Below are positions 26,056 to 32,000 of a stretch of 32,000 bases of DNA, in pieces. The notes under the pieces were generated by a model, which saw only the letters and a list, made by a program, of their open reading frames with translations, was not told where the DNA came from and searched no databases. Each line of letters opens with the position of its first letter. Position 1 is the first letter of the stretch. The position numbers were made by a program, and so were the translations under genes. Source of the stretch: Alkanindiges sp. WGS2144 (GTDB lineage: Bacteria > Pseudomonadota > Gammaproteobacteria > Pseudomonadales > Moraxellaceae); NCBI RefSeq assembly GCF_043950625.1, contig NZ_CP171007.1; one strand, written 5' to 3'.

Positions 26056-26378
26056 ATTGTTCTCCAAAAGACTCGCAACCAACAGCGTTAACTCTTAAGG
26101 CTCATGCTAGTTGTTCTTAAATATTGCAATGTAATATTTGGTAATAACTTTGCAGTTTTCACGTTAAATATTCTGACATAAAAGAATCAACCGTGAATTT
26201 TTTTGGGCAATGTGCCGAGAAACCGGGCTTTTATTACATAGTCTTATGGCTATGAAGCGAGCATAAAATTTCATCTTGTTTTTGTATTTTTGGTGCCGAA
26301 TGGCATACACTATGCCACCTGAAAAATCATGTATTTTCTAGCACGCCAATAATTTATTTTACGAGATTTAACCTATTT

Positions 26379-27467
26379 ATGAAGCCCTCACTACGTCTGC
26401 GTCTGGATCAACTGTCTGATCGTTTTGAAGAATTAAATGCGCTGCTGTCAGATGCCGAAGTGATTAGTGACAACCAGCGCTTTCGCCAGTTATCGCGCGA
26501 GCATAGTGAACTAGAAGAAATTACTCAGGTATGGACAGCTTACCGTCAGGCAGAAAATGATAAAGCAACTGCGGAAGCCATGCGGGCTGATCCTGAGTTT
26601 CGGGATATGGCAGAAGAAGAAATTAATGATGCCAAAGAGCGGCTAGAAGGTCTGGAAAATCAGCTTAATATCCTGATGATTCCTAAGGACCCGAATGATG
26701 CTAACTCGGCATTTCTGGAAATTCGTGCTGGTGCGGGTGGGGATGAGGCGGCCATTTTTTCTGGTGACTTATTGCGCATGTATGAGCGCTATGCACAGAC
26801 GCAAGGCTGGCGGGTTGAGGTACTCTCAGAGAATGAAGGTGAGCATGGCGGCTATAAGGAAATTATTTGCCGCGTAGAAGGTGATGGTGTATATGGCCGT
26901 TTAAAATTTGAAAGCGGAGCACATCGGGTGCAGCGCGTACCAGCGACTGAATCGCAAGGCCGTGTGCATACGTCAGCCTGTACCGTTGCCATATTGCCCG
27001 AAGTGGATACTGACCATACGGTAGAAATCAATCCGGCAGATTTACGCATTGATACCTACCGCGCATCCGGTGCCGGTGGTCAGCACATTAATAAAACGGA
27101 CTCTGCGGTGCGCATTACGCATATTCCAACCGGAACAGTGGTGGCGTGTCAGGATGAGCGTAGCCAGCACAAAAACAAGGCTAAAGCCATGGCGTTGCTG
27201 GTTTCCCGTATTGAAGATGCCAAACGTTCAGCTCAGCAAACGGCGACTTCTGAAGCGCGGCGTGATTTGGTAGGTTCAGGCGATCGCTCTGAGCGTATTC
27301 GCACCTACAATTATTCACAAGGTCGAATTACCGATCATCGAATTAATTTAACTTTGTACAAGCTGGATGCAGTCATGGAAGGCGACTTAACCGAATTGCT
27401 GGACAGCTTACACCGCGAATATCAAGCCGACCAGCTGGCGATGCTGGCACAGCAAAATGGTGGTTAA
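26379..27467 (+). CDS. prfA: Peptide chain release factor 1
   Basis: 362 aa with the PAT tripeptide ([14 protein letters not shown]) and the GGQ motif ([23 protein letters not shown]). Confidence 0.97.
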   Translation: MKPSLRLRLDQLSDRFEELNALLSDAEVISDNQRFRQLSREHSELEEITQVWTAYRQAENDKATAEAMRADPEFRDMAEEEINDAKERLEGLENQLNILMIPKDPNDANSAFLEIRAGAGGDEAAIFSGDLLRMYERYAQTQGWRVEVLSENEGEHGGYKEIICRVEGDGVYGRLKFESGAHRVQRVPATESQGRVHTSACTVAILPEVDTDHTVEINPADLRIDTYRASGAGGQHINKTDSAVRITHIPTGTVVACQDERSQHKNKAKAMALLVSRIEDAKRSAQQTATSEARRDLVGSGDRSERIRTYNYSQGRITDHRINLTLYKLDAVMEGDLTELLDSLHREYQADQLAMLAQQNGG

Positions 27468-27497
27468 TCAATAAACCAGAAGTAGGGTGCCAGTAGT

Positions 27498-28319
27498 ATG
27501 AAGGTTGCTCAAGCTTTGCAATTTTATGGCGAACTGGATAGTTATGAGCGTCGTGAATGCGCCTGGCTGCTTGAGCATATTCTAAAAATTAATCACTTAA
27601 GTTTAAAATATAAGGACGAACAGGTTTTAAGTCCTGAACAGCAACAGCAATTCTTAATGGGAATTGAGAGGCTAAAACAAGGTGAACCGCTGGCTTATGT
27701 GATTGGTGAGCAAGCATTTTGGACGCTCACTTTAAAAGTCACGCCAGCTACATTAATACCACGACCGGACACGGAAGTGCTGGTTGAGCAAGCTCTAGCC
27801 TTGATTGATCCTGAGCAAAATCTGCATATTCTAGATTTAGGCACAGGTAGCGGCGCGATTGCATTAAGCATTGCCAAAGAGTGCCCGCAGCTACAAATGA
27901 CCGCTACTGATTTTTCTGCTACTGCTTTAGAGGTTGCCCAGCAAAATGCAGTGTTAAACCAGATTGATAACGTGCAGTTTTTGCAGGGTAGCTGGTATCA
28001 GGCGTTAGCGGATAACTCGCAATTTGATCTCATCGTTTCCAATCCGCCGTATATTGATGAGCAGGATACCCACTTAAATGACTTAAGCCATGAACCAATT
28101 ACCGCGCTGACGGCAAAGGAGCAGGGTTTATCTGACTTAAAAATCATTATTGGGCAAGCACCGCAGTATTTAAAATACGGTGGCTTCTTATTGGTTGAGC
28201 ATGGTTATGATCAGGCTCGGGCGGTACAGCAGTTATTTGTGCAGGCAGGTTTTGAGCAGGTCAAAACGGTAAGAGATTATGGGGGCAATGGCCGGGTGAC
28301 GATGGGGCAGTGGTCTTAA
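27498..28319 (+). CDS. prmC: Release factor glutamine N5-methyltransferase
   Basis: 273 aa with the SAM motif LDLGTGSGAIAL and the catalytic NPPY (VSNPPYI). It lies directly downstream of prfA. Confidence 0.93.
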   Translation: MKVAQALQFYGELDSYERRECAWLLEHILKINHLSLKYKDEQVLSPEQQQQFLMGIERLKQGEPLAYVIGEQAFWTLTLKVTPATLIPRPDTEVLVEQALALIDPEQNLHILDLGTGSGAIALSIAKECPQLQMTATDFSATALEVAQQNAVLNQIDNVQFLQGSWYQALADNSQFDLIVSNPPYIDEQDTHLNDLSHEPITALTAKEQGLSDLKIIIGQAPQYLKYGGFLLVEHGYDQARAVQQLFVQAGFEQVKTVRDYGGNGRVTMGQWS

Positions 28320-28443
28320 ATAAAAACGCTATCATGGCTGCGTTATTTAATTTATCATAAGTTATATAAAAATATAATTGAGGTGAGCCATGTATTTAAC
28401 CAATTTACGCAAAGTGGGTGATTCTGTTTAAAGATATTATCCA

Positions 28444-29205
28444 ATGACCAAAACCCAACTTTCCGATCCCGAACTTCTACGCTATAGTCGCCAAATCCTG
28501 CTACCAGAATGGGATATGGCTGCCCAGCTTAACCTGGCCAATGCACGAGTTTTAATGGTTGGGGCAGGAGGACTAGGTAATCCAGCGGCACAAATTCTAG
28601 TACGGGCAGGTCTTGGTTTTTTACGCATTGTTGATTTTGATGTTATTGAAGAAAGTAATTTACAGCGCCAGTTTTTATTTCAGTCCAGTGATATAGGTTG
28701 TTTAAAAGTAGCAGTCGCTGCACGGGAGCTACAAAAAATTAGCCCCTGGACATATATAGAGCCGGTTGATTTAAAAGCAGATTTAACAAACTTGCCACCA
28801 TTGCTTGCCGATATTGATCTCGTGCTGGATGGCTCGGACAATTTTGCTACCCGCGATTTAGTCAATCAGGCCTGCATGCAAGCCCAGGTGCCGCTATTAT
28901 CTGCTGCTGCTATTGGCCTGGAAGGCCAGCTCGCTTTTTTTATGCCGGAACAGGGATGTTATCACTGTGTATTCTCTGATGGACTGGATAATGACACCCG
29001 GCAGTGTAATGAGTCTGGCGTGCTGGCTTCAACGCCTGCTGTCATGGCCAGCCTGCAAGCGCATCACGCGCTATTGTATCTGGGTTTAAAACAAATACCG
29101 TTACTCAATAAACTGCTGGTCTGGAATGGTATTACCATGCAGCAACGTGTCCTCAAGTTTGCAATTGATCCTGATTGTACAGTTTGTCAATTAAAGCAGG
29201 GTTAA
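28444..29205 (+). CDS. moeB: Molybdopterin-synthase adenylyltransferase (ThiF/MoeB family E1-like)
   Basis: 253 aa. MTKTQLSDPELLRYSRQILL parallels the E. coli MoeB start. It has the nucleotide loop GAGGLGN and two CxxC pairs (CYHC, CTVC). The prfA-prmC-moeB order matches Pseudomonas. MoeB versus ThiF cannot be settled by eye. Confidence 0.75.
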   Translation: MTKTQLSDPELLRYSRQILLPEWDMAAQLNLANARVLMVGAGGLGNPAAQILVRAGLGFLRIVDFDVIEESNLQRQFLFQSSDIGCLKVAVAARELQKISPWTYIEPVDLKADLTNLPPLLADIDLVLDGSDNFATRDLVNQACMQAQVPLLSAAAIGLEGQLAFFMPEQGCYHCVFSDGLDNDTRQCNESGVLASTPAVMASLQAHHALLYLGLKQIPLLNKLLVWNGITMQQRVLKFAIDPDCTVCQLKQG

Positions 29206-29312
29206 ATTACACCAAGCCGACAGTGAATAATTTATAATGCGCCTAATATTTTTATTTTCCGATACAGATCAGACCTGACAGCTCTGGCATGACAGGTTTT
29301 AAAGGCTAAGCA

Positions 29313-30611
29313 ATGATTAAAAAACAGATTCTTAACAGCTTGCGCTCGGCTGCCCGTCTGGGTGAAACAGCCAGTGTGGCTATTCGCGCCGGTATCAGGC
29401 ATGCCACCGATGGTGCACCCACCCCACAATTATTGCGCGAAACCTTTGAACAATTAGGTGCAACCTACATTAAGCTGGGACAGTTTATTGCCAGTTCGCC
29501 CTCGCTATTTCCGCGTGAATATGTCGAGGAGTTTCAGCGCTGTCTGGATCAAACGCCTGCCTTACCATTTAGCTATATTGAACAAACCCTAAAAGAAGAA
29601 TTTGGCGAACGCCCTTTAGACAGTATTTTTCAGCATATTGATCAAGCACCGCTGGCCTCCGCATCTATTGCCCAGGTACATGCTGCTACACTGGTTACTG
29701 GTGAAGATGTAGTGATTAAAGTACAAAAACCGGGGGTGCAAACTATTTTACACACGGATTTAAGTGTAGTGTATGGCGTCACCAAACTGTTTGAAAAAAT
29801 TGTACCCAAGGTAAAATTTGCCTCACTGTCTGAAATTGTTGATGAAATCCGCAGCCGCATGGTCAAAGAAGTGGATTTTGTGGCTGAAGCGCAGAATATT
29901 GAAGATTTTCAGCAGTTTCTAGAAGCCACGCAAAATACTCAGGCGATTGCCCCCAAGGTATATCATCAGGCATCGACGCGCCGTGTACTCACTATGCAAC
30001 GCTTATATGGTGTGCCGTTAACAGATATTGATGTCGTGAAGCAGCATGCCAAAGATCCGGCGCAGGTACTCATTACCGCTATGAATACGTGGTTTGCAAG
30101 CCTTATGGCATGCAAGAGTTTCCATGCCGACTTGCATGCGGGTAATTTATTACTGCTCAAAGATGGCCGTATTGGTTTTATTGACTTTGGTATTGTGGGG
30201 CAATTAAAGCCGGAAGTGTGGAATGCAACCATTGGCTTTATGGATGCGTTGCAACATACCAATTATCAGGATATGGCGAAGCATATGGTGAATATGGGCA
30301 TGACCCACGGCACCGTGGATACAGACCGTCTGGCTGCCGATATGGAACGGTTGTTTTCCGGGGTTTTGCTGGCTGATCCACAAAAAGTGATGTCTGGCGA
30401 TGTGGCGGATTTAAATGCCATGATGATGGATATGGTTGGCGTTGGCGAGCGGCACGGGATTCATTTTCCACGTGATTTTGCCTTGTTGATGAAGCAAATG
30501 CTGTATTTTGATCGCTTCATGCGGGTGCTTACCCCTTATATGGATGTGTTTAGCGATTCACGCTTGCAGCTTCTACAAGATGCAGAGCCTGTATCCAAAT
30601 TAATTCATTAA
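29313..30611 (+). CDS. ABC1/UbiB-family atypical kinase, short form without C-terminal TM helices
   Basis: 432 aa with ABC1 hallmarks (LASASIAQVHAATL, VIKVQKPG, FHADLHAGNLLL, IDFGIVG). No hydrophobic C-terminal segment is seen. Confidence 0.8.
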   Translation: MIKKQILNSLRSAARLGETASVAIRAGIRHATDGAPTPQLLRETFEQLGATYIKLGQFIASSPSLFPREYVEEFQRCLDQTPALPFSYIEQTLKEEFGERPLDSIFQHIDQAPLASASIAQVHAATLVTGEDVVIKVQKPGVQTILHTDLSVVYGVTKLFEKIVPKVKFASLSEIVDEIRSRMVKEVDFVAEAQNIEDFQQFLEATQNTQAIAPKVYHQASTRRVLTMQRLYGVPLTDIDVVKQHAKDPAQVLITAMNTWFASLMACKSFHADLHAGNLLLLKDGRIGFIDFGIVGQLKPEVWNATIGFMDALQHTNYQDMAKHMVNMGMTHGTVDTDRLAADMERLFSGVLLADPQKVMSGDVADLNAMMMDMVGVGERHGIHFPRDFALLMKQMLYFDRFMRVLTPYMDVFSDSRLQLLQDAEPVSKLIH

Positions 30612-30640
30612 GTAAAGGGTAGGTGAGTTTACTGTTTTTT
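30611..30640 (+). terminator. Weak candidate terminator after the ABC1 kinase gene
   Basis: AGTAAA-gggtaggtgag-TTTACT followed by GTTTTTT. The 6-bp stem is A/T-rich, so the support is marginal. Confidence 0.3.
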
Positions 30641-30651
30641 AAGTAATGATT

Positions 30652-30681
30652 TTGCCTGACATGATTAAAATTCGATAGAAT
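30652..30681 (+). promoter_or_regulatory. Candidate sigma70 promoter for folB-folK
   Basis: TTGCCT (30652-30657), 18 nt, TAGAAT (30676-30681), about 40 nt upstream of the folB GTG. This rests on hexamer matching only. Confidence 0.35.
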
Positions 30682-30718
30682 AATGCTTTGATGGCAATGG
30701 CATACCTGATGGGATCAC

Positions 30719-31093
30719 GTGGATAAAGTCATTATAGAAGGGCTGCGCGTTGATGCAGTGATTGGTGTTTTTGATTGGGAGCGACAAATTACCCAGCCAT
30801 TACTGGTGGATCTGGAAATCGGTTGTGATATCGGTTGTGCTGCCCGGACTGACTGCATTGATGATGCAGTTAATTATAAGGCAGTGTGCGATGAGGTTAG
30901 CCAACTGATCATTGATACCAGGGCACAACTGATTGAACGTCTGGCTGAACTCATTGCTCAGCATATTCTTGTTCAATATGCAACGGTTAAGCAAGTGAAA
31001 GTGATCATCAGGAAACCAACGGCCATTACCAATACTACCGCTGTTGGTGTATCTATCGAGCGCAATCGTGCCACTATACGCACTGGCCATTAG
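30719..31093 (+). CDS. folB: Dihydroneopterin aldolase
   Basis: 124 aa with a GTG start. (M)DKVIIEGLRVDAVIGVFDWERQITQPLLVDLEI parallels E. coli FolB MDIVFIEQLSVITTIGVYDWEQTIEQKLVFDIEM. The equivalents of catalytic Glu, Tyr (VNY), Glu (LIERLAE) and Lys (RKPTA) are present. Confidence 0.85.
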   Translation: MDKVIIEGLRVDAVIGVFDWERQITQPLLVDLEIGCDIGCAARTDCIDDAVNYKAVCDEVSQLIIDTRAQLIERLAELIAQHILVQYATVKQVKVIIRKPTAITNTTAVGVSIERNRATIRTGH

Positions 31094-31490
31094 CAGTAAT
31101 CAGCAGCGCGATCACTGGACACGCTATGCCATGCAGGCGCTTGAGTGTCTGGGCGCGTGTCAGTTTTCACAGGTTTATCAGATTGCCTGTAGGCAGGGTA
31201 AAGGTGAGGATTACTACAACTTTGCTGCTTTGCTGCAAAGCCATTTGACTTTTGATGAATTAAATCAACAGCTCAAGCAATTAGAACAATATGCAGGTCG
31301 AGTACGACCATCGCACCATATTCCGCTGGATATAGATATTGTGGCATGGGGCAGTTGCCTTGATGATTTGCAACCCGTGTCAATGCGTTTGCCATTGCCG
31401 TTTGATGCTGCCAAACCATTATCAGAATTATGGTCGGTCTGTCCAGCTTCTTACAATACGATGCCTTACCAGATTATTACGGAAGTCTGA
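31068..31490 (+). CDS. folK: HPPK-like protein (2-amino-4-hydroxy-6-hydroxymethyldihydropteridine diphosphokinase homologue, divergent)
   Basis: From ORF 31044..31490. There is no in-frame ATG before codon 30; candidate starts are TTG 31044, GTG 31047 and GTG 31068 (chosen because PLYALAISSN then aligns with E. coli TVAYIAIGSN). GRVR and the DxD (PLDIDI) motif are retained, but other motifs have diverged (see finding). It overlaps the folB 3' end. Confidence 0.55.
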   Translation: MPLYALAISSNQQRDHWTRYAMQALECLGACQFSQVYQIACRQGKGEDYYNFAALLQSHLTFDELNQQLKQLEQYAGRVRPSHHIPLDIDIVAWGSCLDDLQPVSMRLPLPFDAAKPLSELWSVCPASYNTMPYQIITEV

Positions 31491-31535
31491 ACCAGAATTG
31501 TTACACTGGTAATTTTGTTACTACATTATTTTTAA

Positions 31536-32000
31536 ATGTTCAAAATTGCCCGTCCCAAGCCAATTTTTTATCCTAGTCATTATCCGGCAGATGCGCATGG
31601 GGTTTTATTGCTGCATGGTTTTACTGGTACGCCACAGGACTTAAAAAAACTGGCCAATTTTTTAAAAAGTCAGGGTTTTGCCTGTTATGCTCCTATTTAC
31701 AAAGCTCATGGCCTGGGTGCTGAAGCGATTGTAGGAAGTGGTATAACGGCATGGTGGCAAGACGCACTGGATGCTTTTGAGTTTTTACAAAGCCATGGTT
31801 ACGGAAAAATTAGTATAGTTGGTCATTCCATGGGGGGTGTGTTTGCTTTGCGACTTGCTCAGGATTTTAAACTGGCAAGTGTGACCACCATGTGTTCGCC
31901 AATTAAAAAAAGACCTCTGCACGATTTAACCCAGCGCTTAATCGCTTATGCTGAACAATACAAAAAATATGAACAAAAAACACCGGAGCATATTCAGCAG
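31536..32000 (+). CDS. Carboxylesterase, Est30/YvaK-type alpha/beta hydrolase (5' part; runs off the right edge)
   Basis: Not in the ORF track because it is open at the edge. My translation from ATG 31536 is MFKIARPKPIFYPSHYPADAHGVLLLHGFTGTPQDLKKLANFLKSQGFACYAPIYKAHGLG...WWQDALDAFEFLQSHGYGKISIVGHSMGGVFAL... It parallels Geobacillus Est30 (PPKPFFF..AVLLLHGFTGN..YTCHAPIYKGHG..WWQD..GLSLGG). Confidence 0.8.
   Translation, partial: MFKIARPKPIFYPSHYPADAHGVLLLHGFTGTPQDLKKLANFLKSQGFACYAPIYKAHGLGAEAIVGSGITAWWQDALDAFEFLQSHGYGKISIVGHSMGGVFALRLAQDFKLASVTTMCSPIKKRPLHDLTQRLIAYAEQYKKYEQKTPEHIQQ

Noticed and set aside
1-32000. Scan for tRNA/rRNA/tmRNA-like sequences, CRISPR-style spaced repeats, IS terminal inverted repeats, transposase/integrase/phage genes, and known defence-system genes
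   Set aside because: I found none by eye. Every ORF above about 100 aa that is not a shadow ORF has a housekeeping or conserved-hypothetical assignment, and no regularly spaced direct repeats were seen. A computational pass (tRNAscan-SE, Rfam cmscan, ISfinder BLAST, DefenseFinder/PADLOC) would be needed to make this negative result firm.

Overview
This is a chromosomal core-genome window from a gammaproteobacterium. The gene order (prfA-prmC-moeB, cyoABCDE, ppsA/ppsR, dnaB-alr, and rpsF-rpsR-rplI without priB) looks Pseudomonadales/Moraxellaceae-like, but that lineage call is inference only. I can support 31 protein-coding genes, one ribosomal-protein leader motif, and several intrinsic terminators and hairpins. 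Two of the genes are cut by the window edges and so are absent from the ORF track. Left to right the window holds: yfiB-yfiN-yfiR (c-di-GMP module), alr, dnaB, rplI-rpsR-rpsF, cytochrome bo3 oxidase cyoEDCBA, a YdeN-type serine hydrolase, a GYF_2-RDD membrane protein, ppsA with divergent ppsR, a membrane-anchored glutamate-synthase-FMN-domain protein, xseB-xseA directly behind an M16 peptidase pair, ftsY, a secreted glycine-zipper protein, prfA-prmC-moeB, an ABC1/UbiB-family kinase, folB, a divergent folK-like gene, and an Est30-type carboxylesterase. I saw no tRNA/rRNA, CRISPR array, transposase/integrase, phage or recognisable defence genes. My assessment is that this is an ordinary housekeeping region with no convincing evidence of a novel multi-gene system. 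The items most worth a second look are: (1) the AT-rich insert-like segment between ftsY and prfA, with its glycine-zipper gene carrying a basic tail; (2) the operon-like M16-M16-xseA-xseB array; (3) a 15-bp hairpin sitting on the ribosome-binding region of the hydrolase gene; (4) a folK homologue with a shortened catalytic loop and no ATG start; (5) the 0.5-kb AT-rich cyo control region with palindromes; (6) an in-frame upstream mini-ORF before moeB. All homology statements come from reading the translations by eye against remembered family motifs. No database search was run.
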